DNA of 64,000 bases from Eledone cirrhosa. Lineage: Eukaryota. Made by a program: the position numbers and the translations under genes. The DNA lies in the NCBI GenBank assembly GCA_964016885.1, contig OZ024754.1, positions 37,944,001 through 38,008,000 of the forward strand. Reading direction: 5' to 3'. Below are positions 28,263 through 41,804 of the stretch, piece by piece; positions within the stretch are counted from its first letter, which is position 1; each line of letters begins with the position of its first letter. The notes beneath the pieces are model-generated. The model did not search any database. It was not told the origin of the DNA and saw only the letters and a program-made list of their open reading frames with translations.

Positions 28263-29919
28263 CAACAGTATTTATATTTTTTATGTAAAATTCACAGCGT
28301 CCTGTTCGGAGATAATTATCGCAATATCTACACGTATTGAAATGAATTACCTTTCATTATCATATCTTAACCCACCGAGGTTAACTTTGCCTTTCATCCT
28401 TACGGGGTCGATAAAATAAAGTACCAGTCATGTACTGGACTGGGTATTTTCTGGCCTTGTGCCAAAAAGTAGAAACAATTATCATATCTTAACCCACCGA
28501 GGTTAACTTTGCCTTTCATCTTTACGGGGTCGATAAAATAATGTACCAGTAATACACTGTTTTTGCTTGGTCTTGTGCCAAAAGTAGAAACAATTATCAC
28601 ATCTTAACTTTTGGCATACATCACGGCTTTGGCGTGATTTCTACAATTGGGTGCCCTTCCAATCACCAACCACTTCACAGAGTGTACTAGGTGCATTTTA
28701 TCGTGGGAAGATATCAAGTTCTAGACACAACCGAAGAGTCCTCCCTTGGCATTTTTTTTTTACATATACAAGGTTGAAAGTTTCAATAGAATTGCAGGCA
28801 TATACTTATAGATTTAAAATAAATGGGCATAGTGTTAAAAAGATCTAGTGTGCATTTGTAATGAAACTTTCATTACTACGAATCGGACAATATGTGAAAA
28901 TAATTTCCTTTTAAAAGCACGTGTATCAAGAAAAACAACAACAAAACATATCTAGATTAAAACAAAACTTTTTTTTTTTTTTTTTTTAACATTCTCAATT
29001 ACGCAGGAATTCGGCCAAATTACCGAATATGCGTGTGATACCAACTGAAGAAAATTACCGAGAGACACCATCTGCAGGCAAAAACCACAGTCAGGTTAGT
29101 GCTGTGATAATATAGTGAGATGGAAAAATCTAATACATGATACTTCTGCAGTGAGAAGATAACAACTAAGTTATTGGTATTCGAGGTTAACTTTGCCTTT
29201 CATTCTTACTTCGTCGATAAAATAAAGTACCAGTAATGTACTGATATAATTGCTGGCCTTGTGCCAAAAGTAGAAACAATTATTATTATCTGAAGGTGAC
29301 AACTTTTATTATTATTAGAGAATTTACAGGATGCTGTCAACGACCTATCTAATATCTGTGGTGAAATAAGATACACAATTCTAAAGTCAAATATTTCATA
29401 CAAAATATGGTTAAAATAGTTAGCTTTCCATAATTTCTTATGTCAACAGGGATTGACAGTTCCTGTTTTATAAACATTCGGATGAGTAACATCAACACAG
29501 TGTTATAAGAATGTATGCCCTTATGCTCTATATTTGTAGAGTTCCTGATATATTTAATTTATTGTACCACAATAGATGAATTAAAGTTAAAAAAAACCCC
29601 CAAAAAAACCAATAACAGCAGAATACAACAATAGTTTGTAGGAAATAAAGTTAAAGATGAACATATGACAAGGCACGTAGATTCTGATGGAGGTGAAATT
29701 GGCACCTCAAATGAATGCTAATGAAAGAATTAATAAAATAAGCATTAATAATTTACTGGTATAAAATATTTTAAAAAAAAACAGCATTTTAATGAAGGTG
29801 AGAATGTCAAAAATGACGGAATACAAAATTAGATTCTATATAATTTATATTCAGCTTTTACTGACAGTTCTGAAAATGTAGGAAATAAAATAAGGAGAGA
29901 AATTGAAAACATGTCTTAC

Positions 29920-30102
29920 TGCCAAATTTGTTTTCTGCCCGGGTGCTTCTGACAGCTCATATTCTCCAGTTACCAATAAATCCTTGTGAATCTCTTCTCG
30001 GAGACATTTTTTCTGGTTTGCAGGTAGATGAAACATTAGGCTGTATACATCTGGAACAATTAACATAAGCAGAAATACAAAGGGATATGAAGAAAATTCC
30101 AT
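29920..30102 (-). CDS. TMED10: TMED10 / p24-delta (Tmp21) coding exon 1 (signal peptide + start of GOLD domain)
   Basis: [61 protein letters not shown]; [15 protein letters not shown] motif is typical of TMED10; GTAAG donor at 29919; 183 nt, phase 0. Confidence 0.96.
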
Positions 30103-30290
30103 AGCTGCTATTTCACAAACAGTTAACTAAGAGTGGAGACACGCCGCTGCTAACGTGGCATTCGGCAAAAGTCGGAGATATTCGGCTAGCATAAAATACG
30201 TGTTCGTTCATTTCCGGTGTGTAATTCAACGCAGGATATAGTATTCCTATGATTATTCACCTCTAAACGTGTAAAAGCCGGTTTTGAAAA
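30103..30290. promoter_or_regulatory. putative bidirectional promoter / 5' region shared by TMED10 and MRPL33
   Basis: locally CpG-rich segment immediately upstream of TMED10 ATG containing an ETS-like TTCCGG; MRPL33 needs an upstream non-coding exon; TSS not determinable from sequence. Confidence 0.45.
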
Positions 30291-30514
30291 TAAAAATGCA
30301 TTTTAGTTAGACCTATTGGTTGTAATTTTAATAAATTAGTAAATGCCGAAGTAATTCTTATTTGTGTAAAAGATTATTTTAGAACTTTCTTCAAAATAAT
30401 TTATGTGTTATTTATTTTCGTCATATTTACTCCCATATAGTCATACTTTGTATATTTTTACCTTGAGGTTCCATTGAAGGTTCGTAAATTAAACATTGAG
30501 TTTTGTTATATGGT

Positions 30515-30552
<38 letters not shown>

Positions 30553-30829
30553 CTTTTGATAATATATTCTTCTTACTGAATGTATCACTAATCAGATATT
30601 TAGGAATTACTTGCAACCATCTCTGTATCTTTCAAATTCCATGTCCACAAGACCTTGAAAAATGTCCCCCCCCCCCCTTCCGCCTGAACTTTCATAAACT
30701 TGTATTAGATCGACTTAAAGTTAAAGCTGAACACCAACCACATTCGTCAGTCAAAACGTGCGTTTAAAGGTCATGGGCATTGCTACTTCTCTTCAACCTC
30801 TAATAAACCAGTAAGAATTTCTAGGCGTC

Positions 30830-31240
30830 CGTGGTCCCCGCACTGATCGGTACAATCACCACTGGGACGCAGTGCAGAGGAGAGGAAGATATTTAAATAT
30901 CTGATCGACCACTTCCTCGGGATACCAGTCCCCGCCGAGATCTCTCGTGTCCTTGGTCCCAGACCGCTGCCGTCTTGAGGAGGGAGCCCCCTCAGGTGGG
31001 ATGGTTGTTGCAGCGGGTGTCGCTGGCCATTCTCCGCGGTAATGCCTTTGCCATTTTGTCCGTGAAGTGCGGCTGAGGCACCACTCAGACAGGGGTGTAG
31101 TGTGTGTCCTCCCCACTCTCACTTGCTTTCGCTGTTCGATTCCCCCTCTTTTCTTTTCTTTTTCTTTGCATTTCCTTTTTTTTTTTGTCTTCTGTGTGTT
31201 TTGTTTTTGTATAAACAGCTTTGTAACATTGAGTTATGTG
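30830..31240 (+). mobile_element. CRE-like retrotransposon 3' end with T-rich 3' UTR
   Basis: FKYLIDHFLGIPVPAEISRVLGP ... EPPQVGWLLQRVSLAILRGNAFAILSVKCG*. Confidence 0.72.
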
Positions 31241-31861
31241 ATATTTTATTTTATATCGCAATTGATAAGCAATAACATCGCCGATTACAGGTTCACGGCA
31301 AGAATGACAAGGCAATGTCCAACACACTGCAGAACAAACACCTTAAGGGGCTCCGTTCGATAAGTATCTATTTTTCGGTATAAATCGTCGATGATACACC
31401 TAGAGGGCTACCGTCATAAGCATTTTTGGGGTGTGCAGACGTTTCAAGAATCTAATAAAAAATATTTTTACTAGCTTTTCATATATCTTAAAAGCTAAAC
31501 AAAGTAAACAATTTATTTTTGTTGTTGTTTAGCCTCAGGTCGGCCTTAATTTTATCAACCTGTGATCGAAGACATTCCAGTCATAACCATCTTGTCTTTC
31601 TTTAACATAAGACGGTATGGTATAATTAAAGGGAGACAACTTTTAGTTCTGGTATGTTGAGTGATTAGAACAAAACGAAGTAGTTTTTGGTAGTTTGGTA
31701 TCAAAAGTGTTAAAATACATTTGTTTTATTTTGTGATAGTATTGAATACGTTGAAGTTGACCTATATCTGTGACCTAGTCACTGCCACACTTCCATATAT
31801 AGTATACAGTCAAATAGCACATATATCTCTTTATTTGCAGGAAAATTCATACTGTTTTGAA

Positions 31862-31887
31862 ATGCATCGATTTGTTAAAAGTGGAAA
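31862..31887 (+). CDS. MRPL33: mitochondrial ribosomal protein L33 (bL33m), first coding exon (exon spans 31841-31887)
   Basis: ttatttgcag acceptor at 31840, GTAAGT donor at 31888; ATG-HRFVKSG-K in phase with next exon. Frame is open to the exon start, so an upstream start cannot be excluded. Confidence 0.75.
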
Positions 31888-34424
31888 GTAAGTGCAATAT
31901 AATTTTATATTAGTGTAATAAATATTGTAGAATAAGAAGTAATCTAGGTGACCAAAGACTGTTAGCCAGTTGTAATTTCAAGTGGAAGCCATCTCACTTT
32001 ATTGTTATTCTTGATATAAAAATTGTTGACCTTACACCTAAATCAGAAACCACTATTCCCATGTAGACAATTACAAATGGTGTAGACTTATTCACACAAG
32101 ACAATGTTCTTTGTTTGGCATAACTACAAATTTAACACTACACTTGAGAAGGATAAAAATATCATAGCTTTGAAGTTATATTGACATCTGTTTCTCAAAC
32201 TCAATAGGACGTGTTTTACTTTTCAAACATTGACATCTTAACTCTTTTAATAGGCATTTAATAGCATTTAAATAGGCCATATCTGGCCAGAATTCTCTCA
32301 CCTCTTTCTGTTGAAACCGGCCACTCATACTGATGTTAAGGTATTGATCTCAAAATAAATAATATCAAAATCTCATAGATTTGATATTATGTGAGATAAA
32401 GTGTTTACCGTGAAAATACAATAGTAAATATAGAGTAAAGTAAATGATAAAGGGTTAAAATTCGTATTTTAAAAATATTTTGTTACTACATATCTATGGT
32501 GTGTGTTTGTTCTTCATTTAATTCCTGAGGTCTATCAATGCAAATAGCAATCTGAGTGCCATGTTAGTGTATATGATAATAAGGAATATTGTTACATTAT
32601 ATTTTAACTTGATCAACTGTACATAAAGAGAGACACAGCTCCCTGGCTTGCCTGGGTGAGCAGTGGCTCCACATCAGTACTGATTTGGTCTTTGTAGACC
32701 TGTTCAACTCTTGTTAACAAGGAAAGTGGACATTAAAACGATGACGATGATGATGATGTTGATGATTCGATAGGTATTTGCAACTGATTGAGTTACATGC
32801 TTTTCATCATATACCTATGTTAAAGTACAGCAACATAAGTTATCAACTGAAAGGCTGACATCTTGTTTATTCAACTATTGAAACTGCTCATCTATAATGT
32901 CTTATTTATCTTTACAACTTTTAAATAAATTTGTTCTAATTATGTCTAAGAAATATGCCAAATATTGAAATAAATGATATGTAGTCATTCATTTGAAGTT
33001 AAGGCTTTACTCTACTGTTCATTTCAGTTTTCTCTATCATGTTATACAGGTAACTAACTGTCTTCTGCTTTTTATATTTTTAAATTCCTAATCAATGCAC
33101 AGTACATATAACTGTTAGCTCTGATGCAGTTAATAAGTTCAGTGATCAAAACCTTCGTGAGATTTGAACTCGTTCTTTATTTTCTCTTCTGACTGTTGCC
33201 AGTAAAATATTTTCCAACTATTCAATTACCTAAACTCCCTGTTTTACAATGGTATGGTTTGTGCTAATGTTAGAAATTAATGGTTTCTGATTTAGGCACA
33301 AGGCCAACAATTTTAGGGAAAAGGAAAATAAAATCAATTAAATTGACCTCAGTGCGTTACTGGTGCTTTATTTTATCGACCCTGTAAAGATGAAAGGCAA
33401 AGCTAACCTCAGCAAGATTTGAACTTAGAATGTAAAGGGTTATAACTATATGCTGCAAAACATATTTCATGCTCTACTGATGCTGTTAATCCACCACCCT
33501 GCTAATGTTAAAATTAGTAATAATGCAATAAACCACCTCTTGCTAACACTATTATCTTTGTTTAAGCAAATTTAGCTAGATTACAGTTAGAAGCTTCTTT
33601 TCAAACACCATTATTCTCATCCCAACATGAACATTGTTGGTAATATATCACTAAATTGGTCTATGTACCTACTACTGACCTAAACTAACCATTGACAACA
33701 GAACAGGCAAATGTATTCAGGAGGAATTAACAAAGAAAATAATAAATTACCTGTGCTTCTTCATCATTGTCATCATCCATCTGTTTTTTCATGCTGACAG
33801 GGGTTGTATGGTTCATCACAGTTCACATTATCTTGCATAAGGGGTAGACGTGGCCTCCATAAGTTATGCAGAAGACTGAATAAAATATGACTGCACGTTG
33901 TAGATGTGGGCTTTGTAAACCATGGAGAAGGCAACCTGTCTAGGAGGGCAGTGCCTCAATAAAATACGAGTGCATGGTGTAGATGTGAGCTCTGTAAGCC
34001 ATAGAGAAGGCAGTCTCTCTGAATAAGCTCTGATACAGGATAGAGAGGACCCTTCATTTTTAAGACAATTTCTCTAGAGCTGGTGGCACGAATAATGCAC
34101 CCAATCCACACTGTAAAATGGTTGGTGATAGGTAGGAAGGGCATCTAACCAGTAACACCGTGCCAAAAATATGCAAAGTACAACACCTAAATCTCTCACT
34201 AATTGCATATACAAGACTAACACTAGTCATGTTAGTGCTGTACACTGTAGTGGTGTGGCTAGTTTAGCCATGTACAGGAACCCCCTCAACAGTAACAAGG
34301 GAAACTTGCAAACATTAATGTTGTGTATGTCTTACAGTATGGGTTGGGTTCATTTCATCATGTCACCAATACATTTTATTGCTATTAGTAGTTCATGAAA
34401 TGTTTGTATTTTCTCTTTTGCAAG

Positions 34425-34531
34425 GGTGCTATTAGTTCTCATGGAAAGCTGTTCAGGTACTGGACACAAATTTGCAACTGTCCGGTTAAAATCTGCAGAC
34501 AAAGCTGCAATGATCCGGTTTGACCCATGGG
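34425..34531 (+). CDS. MRPL33: MRPL33 middle coding exon
   Basis: VLLVLMESCSGTGHKFATVRLKSADKAAMIRFDPW matches the L33 pattern (V.m.S..GTG.......K.....yDP.V); AG/GTAAGT borders; 107 nt. Confidence 0.9.
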
Positions 34532-34611
34532 GTAAGTACAATCCATTATTTTACTATTTTTGGTGCTGTTATAGTGATTAAGCATCTATGCCAATACAGT
34601 ACTAAATCTTT

Positions 34612-34865
34612 GTACTTCAGTCAGTAGTCTATAGTACAGGATATCTGAGTGTTTGAACTTCAGTCAGTAGTCTATAGTACAGGATATCTGAGTGTTTGAA
34701 CTTCAGTCAGTAGTCTATAGTACAGTATATCTGAGTGTTTGAACTTTAGTCAGTAGTCTACAGGACAGGACATCTGAGTGTTTGTACTGCAGTCAGTAGT
34801 CTATAGTACAGGACGTCTGAGTGTTTGTACTTCAGTCTATAGTACAAGACTTCTGAGTGTTTGTA
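34612..34865. repeat. 43-bp minisatellite (~6 copies) in MRPL33 intron
   Basis: unit TTCAGTCAGTAGTCTATAGTACAGGATATCTGAGTGTTTGAAC. Confidence 0.92.
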
Positions 34866-35405
34866 CAATCAATACACTCTGTCCAATGTAGGAGAGTGAT
34901 TGATCAGTGAACATTATCTTGATGTAAATTATCATCCCCATCATCATTTACATGTGTTGGATGAGAGTTTTTAAGGCAGTATTCTATGGCAGGATGCCCT
35001 TTCTAATGCCAACCCTCACTTTTTAAGTAATGTCACACAACTGTTGAGCTGCAGAACATAAACATAAACAAGTCAATCAATGCTTGTCCTAACAATGTCA
35101 AGATTGAAGAAACTCTCTCTCTCTCTCACACACACACTCACCTATAATGAGCTCTTTACAGTTTCTATTTACTAAACTCACTCAGAAAGCATTGATTAGC
35201 TTGAGGCTTTAGTAGAAGACAATTGCCCAATGTACCATATAGTGAGATAGAACTCAAAATCACAGGGTTGTAAGGTCAACTTAACTCTACAGCCATGCCT
35301 GCATCTTATAAATGGTTTTCATTAAATAAATATGCTAGTTGTATTGTATACAGTTTATCATTCTAATATCAATGTACATATATATACATATTTTTTATTT
35401 TTCAG

Positions 35406-35455
35406 TTCGGCAAAATGTACTTTACAAAGAGAAAAAAAAGCTGAAAACATTATAG
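35406..35455 (+). CDS. MRPL33: MRPL33 last coding exon
   Basis: tttttcag acceptor; (V)RQNVLYKEKKKLKTL*; AATAAA at 35476-35481. Confidence 0.9.
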
Positions 35456-35954
35456 CATTTTTACTTTTCCTTATCAATAAAATCCTTGTAGAAGTGTATA
35501 AATCCCGCCGAGGTTAACTTTGCCTTTCATCCTTACGGGGTCGATAAAATAAAGTACCAGTAATGCACTGGGATAATTGCTGGCCTTGTGCCAAAAGTAG
35601 AAACAAATATAATGTACTATGTATTTAAATAAACCTTTCATTATATTTTTCAATGTTTAAAATCTTATTTTTGAGCACTTACTGTATTTCCCGGCATCGA
35701 AGACGCTACTTTTGCCCTAAAATAAGTCTGAAAAATCTACCATATGTCCTGGAGGACAACGGTTGTTTATTATTTCTTTTCAAATTTTTGGTTGTCAATA
35801 TTAGGGTGCGTCCTCGAGGACGGGAAATAGGGTATTTATTTTTTAAAAGAAAATCCCTATTATCTAAAACTTATTTCCAGCAAATCTCCAACTTTACAAA
35901 GAATAGTACTGCAAGAGTAGGAGATCAATGGTCAGCTTTTTTCTGCCCTGATGT

Positions 35955-37270
35955 CTTTAAATGAATGCCCGAGTGTGTTCAGATAAATGGTACTAAATGG
36001 AAACCATTCAATGTGGGAGTCAGGCTCTGCTAACAGTGCATACTGTCACCTCTCCTCTTCAGGATTGACGTGTGCAGCTGGATTGGTAGTGGTGTCATGA
36101 CTAGCAGGTGTAAGATCAGTCAGCTGGAATTTGCAGACGACATGCTGTTACTTAACTCAACAGATGGTGATCTCCAACTTGCACTTGATAGGTTTGATGC
36201 ATGGCCGGAATGAAAATTGGTGCTGTGAAAACTGAGACACTTGTCCTCTTAAGGAACCTTGTGCATGCACTCTACATCATCACCATTTTACGTCCGTTCT
36301 TCCACACTAGCATGGGTTAGACGGGTTGTCCTGTTGTGGGCAGTGTCTGGTTGGCTGACCATGCCTTGCTCATACAGGAACTGATTTGGCTTGATTTCTA
36401 CAGATGGATGCCCTTCCTAACACCAACCTCATTTACAGTGAGTGCTGGGTGCTTTTTCGTGGCGCCTACACGTCCACTTTACAGTGTGGGCTGGGTGCTT
36501 TTTTGCCGTGGCACCTCCACGACCACCTTGCAGTGGGAGGGTGTGGGGGCATATTGTTTATATGCTTCAGCTTGTACCCATGGGAGGTCGGGTACTCTGT
36601 ATTACTGCGTGACGCCAGAGGTCACGGTCGTGTGTCATTGCCTTTGCTCTACATGTGAATGGAATTCCACTGAAGCAGGTAGAGAAGTTCAAGTATCTCA
36701 GGGCTGTGTTCACAACTGATGGAAGGCAGGAGGCGGAATTAAGTGCAAGAATTGCAGGAGCTGGTGCAGTAATGCATCAGCATTTGGTAATCAGGAGAAG
36801 AAGTATGTATGAAAGGCAAACTCCCTATCTTTAATTTGGTAGTTGTGCCAACCCTTACCAATGGTCATGAATATTGGGTAATGACTGAAAGCATATGATT
36901 GTGAATACTAGCGGCCAAAATGGGGTTCCTCCAAAGGGTCTTTGGAGTAACGTTACTTGATAGAGTACAGAGATGAGAGAGACACTAGGTAGAGCCGCTA
37001 CTTCACTGAGTGATCACAGCTCTTGATACTACGGGCATGTGGTTAGAATGTGTCAGGAAAGAATTGCTGGACAGATTTTACGGGTAAAACCAATTGGCAG
37101 GAGACCCAGGGGTAGACCCCCAAGCAAGATGGTTGGATAACATCCATGAAATTAGCTAGTCTCGACTGGGAATCTAGCCGGATCAGTTGCTTCTGATGGG
37201 ACCTGTTGGAAGGAGTGTTTGAGGATTGCTCTCACGATTCTCTAAGGAATAAGTGAGTGAAGAATGAAGG
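35955..37270 (+). mobile_element. old RTE-like LINE fragment interrupted by a family-B 3' end (36278-36646, minus)
   Basis: FADDMLLL, FKYLR, YYGHVVRM, RPRGRP motifs; insertion flanked by CTCTACAT duplication (36270-36277 / 36647-36654). Confidence 0.75.
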
Positions 37271-38308
37271 TCATCACTTCCACTTTAGGTACTAGAAAGG
37301 GGAGTGTGTGAAAAAGGGTTGCTTTTCACAACAATCACATTTCCACAGGTCGAGGCCAGATTCGTTGTAAACTCACGAAAAGTTTACCAAAGTAAAAATT
37401 ACATGGAGTTTAATTGTTAAGTATAATTAAGCTACATAAAATAGCCACGTTTTCGCAATTTTGAACAGGGAGCGCCTTTATTTGAAAATTTATTTTAATT
37501 ATATATATTTTATAAATATGAAATTAAGATATGGTAAAAAAAAAAATCTTTTCATCAAGGTTAGCTATGCCTTTCAGCCTGACTGGGTCGATTTAATTGA
37601 CTTTCCCTTCTCTCAAAATTGTAGGTCTTGTGCCTAAATCAAACTATTATTATGAAGGCAGGAAATGTTAAAAATAACATTTATTTTCACCAATTAAACC
37701 GGCCATATCCAGCCAGAATTCTCTCACCTCTATTTAAACTAGTCATAACTAGCCGCCCATACCTACATTAAAGTATTGATCTCAAAATAAATAATATAAA
37801 CATCTCGTAGATGCAATATTATGTGAGGTAAAGCCTTTTCTGTGAAAATACAATAGTAAATATAGAGTGATATAAATGCTAAAGGGCCAAATTCTAACCC
37901 AACACTAATTATATTTACTGGGGATCGGTAAAATAAGCTTAAAAAGCATATTTGTCTATTTTACCGGGACCGGCAAAGTAGCCTATTCCAATGAAAGAAC
38001 GCCAACTTTATGTTGGAGGATCGTAATCTCCATTCGAAAACAATTTGTGGGGGGTGAGGCAAGACGGAATCTAGATACAGTAAGTTTAAGGGGCTTTATA
38101 AAAAGGCCATTAGTAGGTTTGGGGAGCATAAAGTACCGCTTGGATGCTAAGGATACAAACCCTGGGTGACAATAAATTGTTATCATATACAATTACCGCC
38201 TCGCCGAAGATTTAAAAAGAAAAACATTTGCAACGCAATAACTTGTAGCAGATAGATGACCCGTTTTGAAGAAATATGGGCCCTAAAAAGGAGAGATACT
38301 GAAGCAAC

Positions 38309-38698
38309 CTAAGCTCTCTCACCACGGATATGGAGGGCAAGCTGAATATCCTTAGGCATAATGGTCACCCGCTTAGCGTGGATGGACACAAGTTGTTATC
38401 TTCGAAAAGAACAACTAAATAGTGCCATCACAGCAGAACTTTAGAAACGAAGATCAGTCTTGAAATCCTGAGCGATCTCACATACCAGACGTTGGAAAGG
38501 AAGCATCCTGATAAGAATCTCCGTAGATTTTTGATAACGTCTGGTCTCACGGAGAGCTACCGTACTCGGTCTGTAACGATGGGGTTTCTTAACACCTCCT
38601 GTAGCCGGGGCACTTTTCGTGGGTGCCTTAGTGGCAAGTTGTTTATGTGAAAATTTTCCTCCGGTGGATTTACGAGTTGTTTGCTTAGTATGAGCTAT
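38309..38698 (-). pseudogene. H3: histone H3 pseudogene (canonical, replication-dependent type)
   Basis: ATG->ATA start loss; [14 protein letters not shown]...KKPHRYRP...[16 protein letters not shown]; premature TAA at 38441-38443; deletion of the QEASEAY region with frameshift; ends IRGERA*. Confidence 0.96.
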
Positions 38699-38982
38699 TC
38701 TAAATTCTTCTCAGTTACTGAATGACTACAGCTGATGTTAATTCTATTTTATAAACTATTATAAACTACTGTATTTTAACTATTCAAACTACTACCAGTA
38801 GATAATGAGATGAAGCGGGCATGAAAACATAGTTTGGCGTCGAAAACATTGCTGCTGCTGCTATTCTCATTACCAAAAAAGCACGTGACTTGTGTATTGC
38901 ATTGTTTTCTGCTACGTCCGCATTTCAAATATGTATGTATCCATCTATTAGACTAGCGTAGTCTCACTACTTATTGTGATAA

Positions 38983-39303
<321 letters not shown>

Positions 39304-39333
39304 GCCTTTCATTTTTGATTTACCTAACTCAAC

Positions 39334-39349
39334 GGCCCTTTTAAGGGCC
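39334..39349 (+). promoter_or_regulatory. histone 3' stem-loop of H4
   Basis: GGCCCTTTTAAGGGCC 30 nt after the stop codon. Confidence 0.95.
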
Positions 39350-41446
39350 ACTCACATTTTGATGTTAGTTTTCTCACTGAATTTTGATATGCATTGTTGC
39401 CCTCTTTGAAAAAAGGATGTTGATCAGGTCAGAGTTACCATACTCACTCTCTAGCGACACAGCTACAACATTTTGTATGTATGAAATTTATTGTTTATTT
39501 CCTCGAATTACACCTGTTAAATGTAAGATTAGAGATACATGCATCACCCCAGGGACGTTTTCAGTCTCGGCTGCTATTTCTGGTATATCAGAAAACCATG
39601 TATAGGTTCCCTTAGCTCGTGGGAAATAGCAGGAGAGATTGAAAACGAAATAAAATGTTTGTTTAAAATATATAATAAATACAATTAAATCATTCCCCTC
39701 GAACGTTCTCCTGGGTGATCACAATCTAGAAACGAACTGTTTCTAGTGGTAATAAAGCTTGGATTCAGTTCAGAAAATATGTTCGACATTGTGTTTTTAA
39801 TGTATAAACAAATAATAATTGTTTCTACTTTTGGCACAAGGCCAGCAATTGGTACCCAGTGCATCATTCATTACTGGTACTTTATTTTATCGACCCCGTA
39901 AGAATGAAAGGCAAAGTCAACCTCGGCGGGATTTGAACTCAGATCATACAGGGAGGTAACGAAATCGAAGTTGGTGAGTGCTTTCTTGTCAACACTTCCA
40001 ATCGCCTTGTCCCCTTTCGTTGTGCAGTGATTTTATTTAAGATGGAATGTTGGGTCTCGTGAAATTAGATATTGGCGATTTATTTAGTCTTTAACGTAGT
40101 AATAAAAGGAGAGAAGCAAATTTAGTGTTTATTGTTTTACGTATTCCTTTTTTTTTATAATAATAAAAAATAAAATAAGTACCAACTTCTTTCCGACAAA
40201 ATAATTGAGAATGTGGAGGTGTCATTTTAATCTAGTTCGTACCACCGTCTGTAAAAATGATGCTGCACATCTCCCTCTCACCAATCCTGGGAAATCACGA
40301 AGTAGTAAGTATACGATACGAAATTAAAAAATAAAATTGAGGCGAAAAACTTGCAAAATTTTGAGTTAGATCTAATTTTATTTGTTCTATATAATAAAAT
40401 AATAGATCGGTTATAAACTGCTGCGTCAGACCAATGACGAAGAAGGCACGTTAACAAAAACAGAACCGGTTTCTCGTCATTGACGTAGCCATGATACATA
40501 AACTCTATAAAGGGAAGCAACTTTTCAAGGGAGTTAATCGAGGTTTGTCAAGCAGATTGCTGGGTGCTGTATGTACATCAATATAGATTTTAAGGTAGTG
40601 ATTCTCAATATGGGTCTGGGAAATTTTTAAAAGGGAGCCTGGAGTTAACCCCCAAAAAAGTCATGTGTCAGGATTCATATTTCCAAATACATTTTGCTTT
40701 ATGTAAATAAAAAATGTATTTCCTAATACATAGAATTCCTATGTGCTTATGGGGGCGACAAGGAAAGAAAAGGGTTGAGGTGCCTTAAAAGATCATTATT
40801 AGGTTAACTAAAGTACCAGTGATACACTGGTTGAATTGCTGGCCTTGTGTCTAAAGTAGAAACAATTATTTTATGCAAGTTTGTATGATTAACTTAGTTT
40901 CTTGCGATCAATAAATGAATTGCTAAACAACCGTTTTGCAGCGTAACTGCGATGAATTGCTAAACATTTTTGTCGCATAACAACAGCGCTGTGGAAACGG
41001 TGTTAAAAATGAGGCGGGTGTGTAGTGAAGTCTGTAGGCAGGCCTTAAGTGTTTGGGAGAGAGAGTTGGGGACAGAATTGTAGGGCGCTGTCCAGTGAAA
41101 AATCCTAATAGGAAATACCAGCACAGATTATCTTGGATGTGAAATATTTGCTATATTTCGTAGGGAATAATAGAATGGGATGAGAAAAGACATTTTGCGT
41201 AACCATTTGATTAAATATATATTTTCGAAAAGTTATTTCCCACTAAGTAGTAGTGCCAGAAACAGCAGCCAAATCTTACTCCATGATCTAAAATCTAGAG
41301 CGTTGGATGTAACCTTCGACCTAACATCTTTAATTTTCTCGGGGGGCGGGTGAAATTCTTTCATAACATTTGCAAAATAAAGTCTTTATAATTCACTATG
41401 GTTGCATTTGGATAAATTCATCACATTGCACACGCTACAAATATAG

Positions 41447-41479
<33 letters not shown>

Positions 41480-41751
41480 TCGATGAAGTGGGGAAAGAAA
41501 AGCGGATATTTACGAAGATACGTTACCAGAAGTACTTTCAGAAGCAATAATATTAAACTAGCTGCATTTTCAAATCTAGCACGATTCACTAATCATTGCA
41601 GATATACAAAATGAATTCGGTGAATCTTCGATCTCTAGCCCTAACCCACAGAGATTTTATAAATAATATAATATCAAAGTTTTCGAAATTGATTATTTTT
41701 TTCATAGTATCAGCATACATTTGGAGAGATAACTTTTAGACATATTTTGCA

Positions 41752-41767
41752 GGCCCTTAAAAGGGCC
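41752..41767 (-). promoter_or_regulatory. histone 3' stem-loop of H2B
   Basis: reverse complement GGCCCTTTTAAGGGCC, preceded by CAAC as in the H4 copy. Confidence 0.93.
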
Positions 41768-41804
41768 GTTGATATTATAATGACAGACAAATAAAAATAG
41801 ACGT

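Noticed and set aside
34612-34865. CRISPR-like regular repeats (also 63756-64000)
   Set aside because: Head-to-tail units without unique spacers, in a eukaryotic context: minisatellites
39400-41700. histone H1 or 5S rRNA gene within the histone cluster
   Set aside because: No Lys/Ala-rich globular-domain ORF or 5S-like sequence found by eye
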